A DNA stretch of 63,590 nucleotides from Guillardia theta CCMP2712 (GCF_000315625.1 NW_005434603.1:332235-395824); one strand, 5' to 3'. Shown: positions 38,150-50,960, counted from the stretch's first letter. The notes: generated by a model not told the origin, from the sequence alone. Program-made: numbers and translations.

Positions 38150-40400
38150 GATATGAATGTTTGAGGGGATGTGTTGGTCAGGAGATGAAAGAGAAGGGTG
38201 GGGGAGGGATGGTAAAGCTACAATGAGAGCAGGACGGACGGGGTAGGCGGAGGGGCAAGCACAGCAAGAAGGAGCGAGGGGAGGGGTGCAGTAGAGATTC
38301 CCATGGAAGCTTGCGAAAGAGGGGGTGGGGTGATCAAGTCGATTCAAATTTATTATGGGTAGGGTTGGGTAACTTTGGGTTGGGGGTAGGGGTCCATATG
38401 TACCTGGGTCCAGTCAGGTATAGCATAAGCATGAGAGCTACTGGGTGGGGGTGATGAGACTGATTCATGAAAAAGGGGTACCATTTTGCTCTAGCAGACA
38501 TGGGTAGGGTTGACACAATGGGGCTTGGGTACACACTATTAGCGTCGGTTGGGGTGGTGGGGTGTAGTACCCCCGATTTAGGGAGACAGGGGTCCTTAGT
38601 GGAGAAGGACTGGGTGTAGACAATCATTGGAATGGAAGGGGGTGCCAGAGCGTATGGGGGTCCTTGCCTGAGGGTGAAGGAATGAAACCTGCCTGAGGCA
38701 TTAGTGGAGACATAGAGAAATCAACGACCCTGAAGGGGGGGACAAGGAGTTTGTGCAGATATCACTAATGTCGAAGGACACAACAATAATCAGAAGGGTA
38801 GGGTACTTCATGAGTAAGAGGTGGGTGGGACTTCTAGTCATATGTGCTGCAATGTCTCAATTAGTGAGTTTAGGGGGGTGGTGTAGAGAGATAGGGGTGA
38901 GTAAAGTAGAGTGGGTGGGTCGCTGAGCAGTTTTGACGGACTGAAATAAAGGGTGGGGTTGGTCTAAACAATGGGGTAGGGGTGTGTTTCGTTGGGGTAG
39001 GGTACAGGCCTGGTCCGTTTGAACGCACATGCCGTGCAGTGCGGTAGGGTGATTTTAAGACATGGAGGGTAGTGATTGCTCGAGGAACGATGTCTTGAGA
39101 TCAATGGGCCTACTGCAAGGATTCTTTAATTGAGCTTCAATGCATTAGTACTATGTGTGGATATTACACTTCCGCAGAAAGGATCCGGAATGGTAGGGGT
39201 GGGGGAGAGTCTTCAATAGTAGTGACCCTAATCTCGCTATGTGGGGATGTACCAGGAGCACCCGGCGTTTTCCTCACATTTCGAATACAATTTAGGGTAG
39301 GGTATCTTTTTTTTTCATCGAAAGGACCTCCTCTCTAACGGGTAGCAGAGAGGGACGAAGGGTGGGGTGAAGATACACCCAGGGGTACATAGATAGATAG
39401 GGGTGGTCAATGGAGCTGAGATGGTAGGGGTACTTGTCCTATGAGGGGTGGGGTTGGCAGGAAGTTTTCCGTTACCAACGGACCGGTGGGGATGGTCCTT
39501 GTGGTGGGGATAAAGCACGAGGTGGATAGGGGTGCATTGAGAGAGGGGGGGTGGTCTCGAATCTTCACAATTGAACGCAGAGGCGGTTCCTAGGTGGGGG
39601 GGGGGGGGGGGGGGGGGGGGGTTGGAGGGGGGTTTCGGCGAAACGAGTCAGGGAAAAAGTACGGGTAGTGATGAGTACAGAGCAGCCTGTGAGTGTATGT
39701 GGGGTGGGGTTAGTGAGGCATTTGAAAAAACAAAACATACAAGGGGGTTAAATGAAACGAGGAGATAGGGGTAACTTTCAGATTTGGGTAGGGTGGTTCG
39801 TATAAATGTAATCACCGGTCAGATTAACTACAAATTAAGGGGTAGGCGAGGAAAGGACCCAGGTGGTGATGTTGCAGAGGTAGAGGGGGGTGTGCAAGAA
39901 ATGGGACCGGGTGAAACATGATAAGAAAGGGGTAACTTTGAAGTGGGGGTCCAGATACTGAAGATGGTGGGGGTTCATGGGTAGGGTGGGGGGACGTGGC
40001 TGGCTCGGGCTGTTCTGCAGGTGTAGCTGAGGATGGTTTGGTGATTACCGGTACAAATGAGCTTGCCTCAGTGTTTCAAGTGAGGGTGGGGTCATCCTCA
40101 ACAGGTTCAGAAGCAAAACAGACACACAAAAAAATAAATTATTGTCAGAGGAAGGGGGTAGGGTGGTTAAATTTCCGGTGGGTGCAAAAACAAGAAGAAG
40201 CGTATTTCAGTACCCCTGTCCCCCAGAAAAAAGAACCCCAGAGAACACGAGTATGAAGTGCCCATCTATCTTGACTACCCACAGTAAAGATACCAAAAGA
40301 GGGGGTCTGATTCGAAACGTTCTTATCTGCATGTCTTTGTGGGGGGCTGTGATCGAGGGAATTACGGCCCCACTATGTGATCGAAAAGAAGTTATTTCAA
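38150..40400. other. Strand-biased GGGT/GGGGT-rich intergenic field (G-quadruplex-prone)
   Basis: Dozens of GGGT(A/G)/GGGGT runs, almost all on the + strand, plus a long G homopolymer at ~39595-39621. Confidence 0.8.
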
Positions 40401-41133
40401 CCCGGTCACGGACAAATTGTGCGTCTATTTATGTGGTCAATGCATCCATATATGCAAGTGTATCGGTGGGGCGCCCGGCCCGTGCCGGACTAAGTTTCCG
40501 GGCGCTCGGAAAGCTCCGGCCCGGGCCGCCGGGGCCCCGGGGCCCCGGGGCGGCGGCCCGGCCGAGCCGCTGAGCGTTTCCTGGGCCTGGCCCTTCAAGC
40601 CTAGTGGAACGACTTGACAGAGTACCCGGTAAGGCAAGCCTTGTTAGACTTGTACGGCGCGGCGCACAGCGGCACGGCGCGGGGGACTCGCCGGGCGCCG
40701 CTCCGAGCCTCCGAGGCTCGCCGCCGCATGCCCGGCCGCGCCGGGCGGCGGGCCGCGCGTCTCAGTCTCACCGTCGGTCACCGGCGGTAGGCCTAGCCTA
40801 GTAGTCACGGCCGTCGGGCACCACTGGCAAGTCCGCCCCAGCCTAAAATAAAGGAACTTCAGCTAGATTGTCATATTGATTGACATGCTATTTCATGATC
40901 TATCTATGTGTGCTGCCTCTTCTATTTACAATGTGTTTCTTTGAGGCGGACTTGATTGATTTGCCCCCCTTTTCTTTCCCATTTGAGCTCCATGGAGCCA
41001 GGAGCTGGGTAGCTCCGAGCGGCGAGGGAGGAAGGGAAGGGAGTGGGGGGGAGGGGCAAGAGGCAGTGAAGAAGAGAAGGCGAGAGAGGCGGGAGTGCCG
41101 ACATCAAGGCATACTGGAATACAGCTTCTCAGA

Positions 41134-43735
41134 ATGCTACCCAGCAGAACAGTGTTGTTAACTGTCCTTCATGTTTCCGCCCTCGCAACTGTGGGAAGCT
41201 TCAGCTGCCAGAGCCAGGTGTTGGGTAGAAGATGGATGCTTCCATCCACGAGATCACTGCTGTCTCCATACCATTACAGCCATCGGTTTTGCAGAAAGAG
41301 CTTCATCGCTCCATTTCCGTGCTCGGACTCGCAACAAAGGATTTCTGTCCGAGCTGGATCGCGTGATATAGATGCTGTCAAGGAGGGGGTTTCTTTCTTT
41401 CCGTTGCCAGATATCGTGAGAAACAAAGTCGACATAGAGCAGGCGATTGCAAGAGAGGACTACCAGCAGGCAGCGCGGCTGCGAGATGAGAACCAGAAGA
41501 TGGTGAGCGGGGACGACTTCACTCGTTTACAGCAGGAACTCTCCGAAGCTCTCCTGGTCGAGGACTACAAGAGAGCCGCGCAACTGCAGCAAGAGCTGCT
41601 GGAGAGCCTGAGAGCTCGCTCTTCCAACCCGGTGAAGCTTGACAGGATCGCCTGCCTTACTAGGGAGGGTCAGATCTTCGTCGTCAGCCCCGATGGAGCT
41701 GAGCGAGTCTCCCTCGCTGACTCCTCCGACTCCAAGACGCGATACACCATGCCCGTCTGGTCGCCGTCTGGTGACATGGTAACGTGAGAGGCAGCGCCGC
41801 CTCGTCTGACTTGCCCCGGCAGGTCGCCAGTATCGCCTTCACGGGCACTGCGTTAAACAGCAAAGTTGACTCGAAGCAAACGCTGACAGTGTTTCAGTCC
41901 CGGGACGGCAACTCGTGCTTTGCTCTCTCGCTCAGCTTCTCGCCATACTGCCTGCAGTGGTCCAAGACAGGGACCAACATCTGCTACATCACGAGAACAC
42001 ACCGCAAGCAGTCTGAGATTGTGTCTGTCGACATCTTCCCTCGGCCAAGAGAGAAGGAGCTGACTCGAGCGAAGGCGAGCGGAGATCGAATGAAGCGATC
42101 GAGCGACAACATGATGCAGCGAAGCCTCTGCGACGGGGAGCTGCTCTTCTTCTCCCATCAGCTGTTTCCAGCTGAGTTCCCCAGCGACGTCTTGGTTCAC
42201 TCCGGCATCGACCGACAAGTCTTCCTCCTCCCTACGGACCCGCAGCTGCCCCGGGATCCTCTTGTCCTCTCCAACAACAGCGGCTTGTTCGGGACTCCTC
42301 AGTTTCACCCACTCAGCGACCTCGTGCTGTTCGCCGAGGAAGTAGCTCCCCTGTCACAGCCTCCACGTGCCAAGGGGAGCGAGGAGGAGGAGGAGGGTAA
42401 GAACAGGCTCATTTCGCAGTCATTTCCCCGTCCAGTCGCGCGCGACTCTTTCGGGGTAGTGGGGCAGCTGAACTCTGCGTGGCAGAGGATGCAGAGTGCG
42501 GGGCAGCAGCAGCTGGTGTTAGCGAGCAGGAGAGGAAGAAGGAAAGTGCTGGAGAGGCTGGATGCAAGCAGCTCGTCCTTCTCCTTCTCCCCTGACGGCA
42601 ACTCGCTCGCCATCCTCGAGCGATCTGCGGGGAAGGAGAAGCTCTCCGTCCTCAAGTTTGTGTGGGCTGGCGACCTCGAGGAGACTCGGTGCGAGGATGA
42701 GGTGGTGATCAGCAGGGTAGACGAGGACGGAGAGCAGCGGCGAGAGGCGGCGGGCAGGAGGAGAGGGGCTGATGGTGAGGAGGAGGATGAATTCGACGGG
42801 GAGCAGGAGCGAGTGATCGCCTTCTTTTGGTCACCCGACAGGTGAGAGGTGAAAGCGCCTCCTCGCGTTCCTCTGACTGCCAGCAGCTCCAAGTTACTCT
42901 ACCTGACCGCGAGAGCTTCTGATGTCAAGCTCTATCACAAGATGCAAGGTCCTCCCACTCTCCTCCTCCTGTCACTCCTCCAAGTCCTCATCATCCTCCT
43001 CCTACTGCTACTCAGAATTGCCTCACTTGTTGCCATGCCGCGCTCTCGCTCTCTCCCTCAACTTCACGTCGCGCCTTCTCTTCTTCGATGGGGCTTCTTC
43101 TCTTCTTACCCTTCCTTGCCCCTTTCGCTTTCTTTTCCTCCTGCTCCTCTCATCCTGCCTTGGTCTCTTGTCCTGCAGGGATGGCTCTGCGATGTCGATG
43201 GAACGTCTTCAGCATCGGTTCGACTTCCTCCCTCCTCCCTTCTCCTCCTCACGTTGGGCTGCAGCCGATGGCGTTTGCAGGACGTTTCCTGCCTTCTCCC
43301 CCAGCACTCTCTTCCTTGATGAAGTCTTCCCCAAGTTCGATCTCTTCGCCAAGTCGGTATCAAGGCACTCTTTCTCCTGTGCTGATTTCCCTTCAGCTCC
43401 TTCTCCCTCTGGTCTCCTGACTCCAATGCCTTCTGCTACGCGGGGAGGATGAGGTGAGTTCGACCTGATACTCCCGTGTGCCTCCTCTCCTCGCTACTCC
43501 TCTCCTCGCTACTCCTCTCTTCTCTCTTCGTCACTGCTTGGCAGTATCCTCACTTCTCCTGGCATCGCGGAGGTTCATGAGGGGGCCTGGGTGCAGGTGA
43601 GAAGGGCGAGGGGGAGGAAGGAGGGGGGAGGAGAAGGAAGGGGATGCTAAGGAATTGTTGATGCAGGACTTGGAGAAGACGGTTCCTGTGCTCATCCATC
43701 CGACAGCCACCTTCGCAGCCTGGTCTCCATGCTAG
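41134..43735 (+). CDS. Probable plastid-targeted protein with two UVR (UvrB/C) motifs and a TolB/PD40-like beta-propeller
   Basis: Signal peptide ending ATVGS-F plus a Ser/Arg-rich transit region. UVR motifs AIAREDYQQAARLRDE and ALLVEDYKRAAQLQQE. Repeated PVWSPSGD, FSFSPDG, FFWSPD, LWSPDS, AAWSPC motifs. Confidence 0.75.
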
Positions 43736-43791
43736 GAGGAGAACGAAACTTTAACTTGACACTACATACAAGAGGAGAACCCGCAACTTGT

Positions 43792-45142
43792 TTAGATCCC
43801 AAGCCCGGAAGAGAAGCTCTTCCTACCTGCAAGAAGAAAAAAGTGTAAGAAGAGAAGAGAGGAGATGAAGAAGGAAAGGGAAGAAGAGCGAAGGATGGAG
43901 GATTGATTAGGAGAGGTGTCGATAGGAACAAGGCTCAACTCACCGATATAGTACTTGGTCCACAGAAATTTGCTCAAAGCATGAAGTTGCCCGGTTACCA
44001 CATACATGCCTCCTGGACTTGACTCACACTCGACACCCTTCTCCTCCTCCTCTTTCACCAGTGATAGCGCAGAGCTGAGTAGCGTAGTGAGAGAAGGATT
44101 GTTTCCACTGCTTCACTCGCACCATGATCGGAGAGATGTCTGATAACAAGACGTTATTCCCTCCTCCTCCTCCTCCTCCTCCTCCTCCTCCTCCTCTAAC
44201 ACCACTACAACCACCACCACCACCTCCTCCTCCTCCTCCTACCATAAATGAAGTAGACAGCAGGAAAGCCATCCTGCAACTTGCGGAAGTGGTCGGTAAC
44301 CTGTGTGGGGTGTGAGAAGAGGAGAAAGGAGAGGGAAGAGGAGGAGGATAGAGAGACGCGAAGAACAAGGGAGGAGGAGGGTGACTGACCGAGTACTGGT
44401 TGGTGTCGATGATTGTTCCGTCAAGGTGATGGAACTTGGTAGGAACGATCTTGATGTAGTACTCGAAGGTACCCGACCCCTGGTCCAGCACCTTCATCTC
44501 CCCGTCCAGGGGGTTCTTCAGCCCCGGGTAGTCGCGCCCGAAGGAGAGGTGGTTCACGATGTGCGACGTGTTGACCGTCGCGCGGTCGGGAAACACCTGG
44601 GCGAGCACGTGGAAATCCTGCGCGTGGAGGCTCAAGTGGAAGTTGCCAGACACCTTCTGGGCGTTGAGGGTGCCGTAAATGTTGCATCCCTCGTGCCGCT
44701 CCAGCTGCTCCTTGATGTGGGAGATTGACAGCGCGTCTCGCGCAAGCTTCACCTTCTCTGATATCACCGGCCCCAACGCGTTCCCCTTGCTGTCCATCGC
44801 TCTCTTGTATACGTCGTGCACTATGTCAAGCTCGTGCTCCCCTGACACGTCCATGGAGTCGAGCGAGAGAACAGAGCAGGGGAGGCCCGGGAAGGAGATG
44901 TCGAAGTTGATCTGAAGCATCCCTCCCCGCATGGTGTCTACTTCCATCTCGAACTTGGTGTTGGTCTTGAGGAAGATCGAAGTCTCGGTGAAGAGCAGGA
45001 GGAACATGAAGAAGAGAACGACAACAGACACGGTCCCTCCTGACACCGATGCCTCCTTGGCATCGTCAACAGTCTTGGGGAAGACGTCGAAGTTCTTTAG
45101 CCACTCGAGCTGCTTCAGTGCAGCGTCTCCATCCAAGCTCAT
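43792..45142 (-). CDS. ERGIC3: ER-Golgi intermediate compartment protein (ERGIC3/Erv46 family)
   Basis: LKNFDVFPKT...SGGTVSVV, FPGLPCSVLSLDSMDVSGE, EGCNIYGTL...KVSGNFH, HIVNHLSFG...NPLDG, YYIKIVPT, DISPIMV, LCAITGGMY. Confidence 0.9.
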
Positions 45143-45481
45143 CGTGAGACTGTCAACCGCTACAAGATGTCGGAGATCAGATCTATCAGGGAGAACCTTC
45201 CGTCAGACCCTATCACATGCGTTCAGCCTCCCTTCCAGACTTGCAGCAGTGCACAGATGAAGGAGAAGCTGCTGGACTGTGCCAGGAGGAGGAGGAGGAG
45301 GAGGAGGAGGAGGAGGAGGAGGAGGAGGGAATGAGCTACAGAGTGACTAGATCGCAGGTAAATTCAAAATTCCCCGCAAGAGGGAAACGAACTAGCAGGA
45401 GAAAAAATAGCAGGATATCACACAGGGAGCAGGAAGGACAATGGGGAAGAGCGGCAAAGGTTTGAGGAGAAAGAGAGGGCT

Positions 45482-45845
45482 ATGATTAGATACGAGATGA
45501 TTAGATATGAGATGATTAGATATGAGATTATTAGATATGAGATGATTAGATATGAGATGATTAGATATGAGATGATTAGATATGAGATGATTAGATATGA
45601 GATGATTAGATATGAGATGATTAGATATGAGATGATTAGATATGAGATGATTAGATATGAGATGATTAGATATGAGATGATTAGATATGAGATGATTAGA
45701 TATGAGATGATTAGATATGAGATGATTAGATATGAGATGATTAGATATGAGATGATTAGATATGAGATGATTAGATATGAGATGATTAGATATGAGATGA
45801 TTAGATATGAGATGATTAGATATGAGATGATTAGATATGAGATGT
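45482..45845. repeat. 15-bp minisatellite (ATGATTAGATATGAG)~24
   Basis: Near-perfect tandem array upstream of ERGIC3. Confidence 0.95.
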
Positions 45846-46599
45846 GCTGTAGGAGGAGAGACGAAGAAACGAGCACGAGGGAGAAAGCAAGGAAGAAATC
45901 AGAAGGGAGAGAGAACAATATCAAAAGCATTGAAGTTCGGGGTTAAAGAAGATATCAGGGCAACAAGACCACGAAGAAGAACAGCAACATGTGCCCATCT
46001 CAAGCACAGCAACAGCAGCATGCTCATCTGGATCAAGATCGCAAGTCCATGGAGCCGGGGGAGCCGGGGAAGGACAACGGCGGATGGTTACCATTGAGCG
46101 GCTCTGACGTGTTTCCGTTACGTCCAGAAAAACAACCGTTACGATTTCAATTCCCGGCCCGGCCGGTCAACTCAGTGACTTCCGATCAATGACCGTGGAC
46201 CGCCGGTACAGTGACGGCGGGCCGGGCCGGTGACTCAGTGACGGTGCCGTGAGCCGCGCGGCACTGCATGGCGCTGGTGGTGGCCGGGCCATGGTACTGC
46301 GGCATGTGGCGCTGGTGGTGGCCGGGCCATGGCATGTGGCGCTGGTGGTGGGCCATGCGGCATGTAACGCACAGCCGCAGGAGTGGAGGCTCGGGGACCC
46401 AGCCAGGGGGGCGCTGGTCATGACTCTCAGGGCACTAGTAACTTGACGTGAGGACCGGGAGAAGTAAACAGCGTCACTCCGAGAGTGACGGTTACATCCA
46501 AGTCGTGGAGCCGTCTGAGATCAGTATGATGGATCGCTTGTATCATCGTGAAGTGCCCTCTACCCTCCCTCCAGCAACTCCTCTCTCTCACGGTATCCC

Positions 46600-47373
46600 T
46601 CCAATCACCTGCCTATCAAAACGTTGCTCCCCGATCCCACCAAAGTCATGGAGCTGTAGAGGAATAGCTGCACCTCCTTGTCTCTGTGGTCCTCAAGGCA
46701 AACTTCAAGTTCAAGTGCGGCTCCAAGAGAACCGAGTGTGATAGGAGGGCTGCGGCCATGCAGGTCAGTGACCGTCTCTTCGCGAGGCCGAGGAGTGAAT
46801 GACTGACATCTTCAACGTCCTCGTGACTAGAAACCCTCACGAATGGCTCGAGTCCATGCCTCGCCATCCCTTCTGCGCGGAGCTCCATCGAGGCGTCGAC
46901 ATGCCAACCTTGCTTGCGCGCGAATGGATCACATTCAGCAAGCAGAAGAGATTCTTGACCATTCGAAGCCATCTGAGGCCACAGCGCCGGTTGCTGACAC
47001 CGTAGTGAGTCAATGTCATCCCTTGACCGAGCAGCTCGACGATTCCGAGGCGTGCTCCTACTACAACAGTACCTACTCATGCACGCACCTTCCCGGGCTG
47101 TCAACAGACTCTGACTGGATCACCAAACAGCACGTTCGACCGCTCTTCGAGTGTCTGTCTGCCAACCTCAGTCATCGTGCTTGCTCATCGGACTTCCTCT
47201 GCCCGGGCTTGAGTCCAGTCTCAATTTTTACCAACTACAGCTTGCAGCAGTGGAGAGATCGGATGCTTCTGTCGCTGACCTGCTTTGCTATCAGCACTGT
47301 CATGCCTGCCTGGAGGCCATCGAACATTGGTGGGGCATCAGCCTTATCGTCGACGATGACTAGAGAGGTTTGA
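46600..47373 (+). pseudogene. Degenerate sulfotransferase-like gene fragment
   Basis: RNSCTS / VVLKANF (frameshifted) and VLVTRNPHEWLESM resemble algal sulfotransferase-like motifs (ERNSGT...RNPYDWL). Stops and frameshifts intervene. Confidence 0.3.
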
Positions 47374-48163
47374 TTCGAATCATTCGGGTCTTTGTAGTCT
47401 AGATCGTATGTAAATGCGAAGATTGCTCCGTGTCTTCACAAGATCCCTATCCCTTCACCCTCAACAGAGCCTCTCGGAGGCTCGTTCCTCTCAGACCCAA
47501 CAAGAATCGATCTCCGGCATTCACCTTCATCGTCCTTCATCGTCTTCTCCCCCTGCTCCACACCGCTCGCCCCCCTCCTGGCACATACTCATTTTGCAGT
47601 TTTTTTTCGTACCCCCACCCCCTCATTTCCAGGCTCCTACACCCCACTGTCTTCCCTCCTCCCTTGCAAACTCCGACCTCAAAGTCCCCTCCTTCGCTCC
47701 CTCTCCCCTGCCCCTCCCTCTCCTCCTCTCCCTCTCCATCCTCTACCCGTTCTGTTTTCCCATGACCACCACCACCCCATCTTCTTCTCTGCCTCCTTAT
47801 CCGAGATGTCTTCTACCCGCGCGCTTTCACGGGATCCTTTCTTCTTTCTCTGCCCTGTTGCTGTCCCCTCTCTGCTACTCATCCTCCTCCTCCCTTCCAC
47901 TCACCGGCCTCCCTACATTCTTTGTCTCTCTGCTTGCCTTGATGTTTCCTCCAACCCGATTGATGCGGCTAGTATCATTCTCGTTGTGTTCATTCCCGCA
48001 TCTCGGCAACCCCGAGCTCGTTATTTGATCCTTATCTCCCCTTCCTCTCGCTTTTCATGCTCTTTCTTGCAATGCCTATCATTCATGTTCTATTTTGTTA
48101 CTCAATCCCGTATCCAGGACGGCCATGAAAGTCTGATCGCCCAGCTCGCGTCGAACGTGCAGC

Positions 48164-50960
48164 ATGATCGGAGGGAGCGGGGGAGAATGCAGGAGGTCGG
48201 AGGAGGTGGAGGTTTCGGTGATCATCCCTTGCTACAACGCGATCCGATGGCTGGAAGAGGTAACAAGGGAAGGGAAGAACATGATTGGAGGAGGGAGGGA
48301 GGGAGAGGAAGGAGAGGAAGGAGAGGACGGAGGGAGAGGACGGAGAGGAAGGAGAGGACGGAGGGAGGGGAGAGGAGAGGAGGGAGAGGAGGAGGCATGA
48401 GGGAAGGGAGGAGGCATGAGGGGGCTCATTTTGGAGGCAGTGTCTGTCTTCATGTCTGCTTCAAGACTTCCAAGGGACGATGGAGGTTTCCATCTTCGAC
48501 GACTCTTCTTCTGACGGCTCCGACCTCTTCATCCGGTACCCTCCTGCTCTCGCTGCCTCCCTCACCAGCGGCAGGTCGTGGGAGGAAAAGTTCCGGGCCC
48601 GAGGCATCGGGTTTGTGGCTAACGGGAACCGTTGGGAAGAGAACGAGGATAGAGACGAGGAGGCGCCTCCTGGTACCTGCATGCTGTTGAAGCTGCGCAC
48701 TGATGCGTGAAGGAAGGAGGAGTAGGACGCGCGAAGAACAAGGTGGAGGAGGAGGAGCGAAAGCGGTAGGGAAGTCACTCAAGCACAGGCAGTGGCGCAG
48801 AGCTCAGGGAAGTTCTTGTGCTTCCTGGACGCGGATGACATCATGCTGCCCCACCGCGTGAGTCGAAGAGAAGAGAAAGAGAAAGAGAAGAGAAAGAGAG
48901 AAGAGAAAAAGAGAAGAGAAAAAGAGAAGAGAAAGAGAAAGAGAAAGAGAAGAGAAGAGAAGAGAAAAAGAGAAGAGAAAGAGAAAGAGAAAGAGAAGAG
49001 AAAGAGAAGAGAAAAAGAGAAGAGAAAAAAGAGAAGAGAAAGAGAAAGAGAAGAGAAGAGAAAGAGAAGAGAAATAGAGAAGAGAAGAGAAAGAGAAGAG
49101 AAGAGAAAGAGAAAGAGAAAAAGAGAAGAGAAAAAGAGAAGAGAAAAAGAGAAGAGAAAGAGAAATGAGAAGAGAAAGAGAAGAGAAAAAGAGAAGAGAA
49201 GANNNNNNNNNNNNNNNNNNNNNNNNNNNNNNNNNNNNNNNNNNNNNNNNNNNNNNNNNNNNNNNNNNNNNNNNNNNNNNNNNNNNNNNNNNNNNNNNNN
49301 NNATCATCCAGCAGTTGGAAATCGACTGCTCTTCTCCCGGCATTGCACCCCGATGCTCCTTCAACATGTCCTGAAGGAAGATATGCGCCGCAGGCCCCAT
49401 CTGTCGTACGCGACCCTCAGTGGTACCAGCTCCGAAATGTCACTATAGCCACACCGACGACCACGGAGACTGTTGCTCCTGTTACACCCACGATCAACTT
49501 TGTGAACATCACTCAGTCGTCCTTCTACCCTTGTGAGAACAACACCATCTCGGTGTGCTTCTCGGTGAATGTGTTGATGGATAAGACGACAGCAACTGAC
49601 CTCGCTGGTGAGACCGTGTCCACGTATTCCAACATCTCCATCACTGGCTTCGGAGGAGCATACATGCTCTACGACGGTGTGACCGGACCGACTGCCATTA
49701 CCTTCTTATCTCGCGACTCTGATCGCTTGATTCTCAACGTGGAGAACCTTGGGAATACCACCCACCACTGCGTCTCTTTTGTGGTCAAGAACCCCGAGCT
49801 TCAGGCCTGCAAGAACCTCTCTATCAACGCGTCTTGGCAGAATTTGCAAGGGAACAACACGGCAACAGCCAAGCTTGTGCATGGAATCAGCGGAACGCTT
49901 TGTGGCAAGAATCCGAACAGCCATCCGCGTCCGCCTAATCCTCCTCCTCCTCCTCCTCCTCCTCCTCCTCCTCCTCCTCCTCCTCCTCCTCCTCCTCCTC
50001 CTTCGTTTCCCTCATTCTCTTTGCTTCGAGATCCCTAAAGGGTCCACGGAATTCTTCGCGAGATGGGCAAACACGCTCACGGCAGAGCAGCTGGTGCTTC
50101 ACTTCTTCCATCCTGTCTCTTTGTCGTTTCCTCCTGCTCCTCCTCTCCTCCTGTTCCACTCTCCCTCCTTCTCTTCTCTCCTTCTCCTCTCTTCTTCTCC
50201 TCTCCTCCCTTTTCCTCTCCTTCTCCTCTTGTTTCTTCTCCGCTCCTCCCTGTTCTTCTCCTCTCCTCTCTTCTTCTCCTCTCTTCCTTGTGTTTCTCCC
50301 TTACCGCTCACCATCTCCAAGTGGCTGCAGCAGTTTCGTGAGACCACTCTTCTCATGCCCACCTGGTTCATCTCGCGAGAAACCTTCGAGGCCGTCGGCG
50401 GCTTTGAGGAATCTTCACCGACATGTAAAGGAGGAGGACGAGGAGGAGGACGAGGAGGCTGACGCTGCAGCAGATGGCGAAGCAGAAGATTTGATCTTCT
50501 TTCACAAGTCGCTTTGCCTGTGCGAGACTCGTTTGACAGCCTTGTAGGCATCTCGGTCTCCAGCTGGAGTCGTTGGCTCTAGCCGAGAGTTCAGCAGCGG
50601 CGGCGCATCGTCGAGCTCTGGAGGGTCAGCGGGAGGGGCGGAGGGTCTTGACGAGGGTGGGCGATGCCGGTGCCGCTGCGAGAGAGGAGGAGGAGGAGCC
50701 AACAGTGCGCGCAGACGAACCTGTCCTCCTCTATCGCTTCTCGTCCGATTCGCAGTCATGGAAAACGTAAGAAATGCGAAAAGGGGGAGGGAGAGGAGGG
50801 AAACGAGGACGAGGACGAGGAGTGGGAGGAGGAAGGAGGCGAGCTGACGTACCCTCATGCAGGAGCAGGCAGAAACTCCTCAAGGTCCGCGTGAAGGCGT
50901 TTGAGGAGCGCATCCTCAATGGCAGACTCACCAGAGCCCTTTGGCGGACCTTCACTGTGA
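48164..50960 (+). CDS. B3GNTL1: GT2 glycosyltransferase, B3GNTL1/QTGAL (queuosine-tRNA galactosyltransferase) family; interrupted by gaps, 3' end missing
   Basis: VSVIIPCYNAIRWLEECL, EVSIFDDSSSDGS, AVAQSSGKFLCFLDADDIMLPHRV, STEFFARWANTLTAEQL, TLLMPTWF, AEDLIFF, VLLYR, RVKAFEE...WRTFT. Confidence 0.85.
48866..49202. repeat. GA-rich low-complexity tract running into an N-gap
   Basis: Almost purely purine GAAGA/GAAAA units. Confidence 0.9.
49303..49915 (+). other. Unrelated coding fragment (cryptophyte-type surface-protein repeat) embedded in the B3GNTL1 locus next to an N-gap
   Basis: ORF containing NITQSSFYPCENNTISVCFSVN...NISITGF...CVSFVVKNP, rich in N-glycosylation sequons and unrelated to GT2. 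Confidence 0.55.

Noticed and set aside
38150-40400. Interstitial telomere array
   Set aside because: G-runs are dispersed and irregular, not tandem copies of a fixed unit.
40641-40655. 15-bp match TTGTTAGACTTGTAC to the LTR
   Set aside because: Too short to call a solo-LTR relic; flanks do not extend the match, so it could be chance.
45418-45946. ORFs encoding (MIRYE)n / (ISYLI)n
   Set aside because: Translation of a stop-free minisatellite; no independent evidence of coding.
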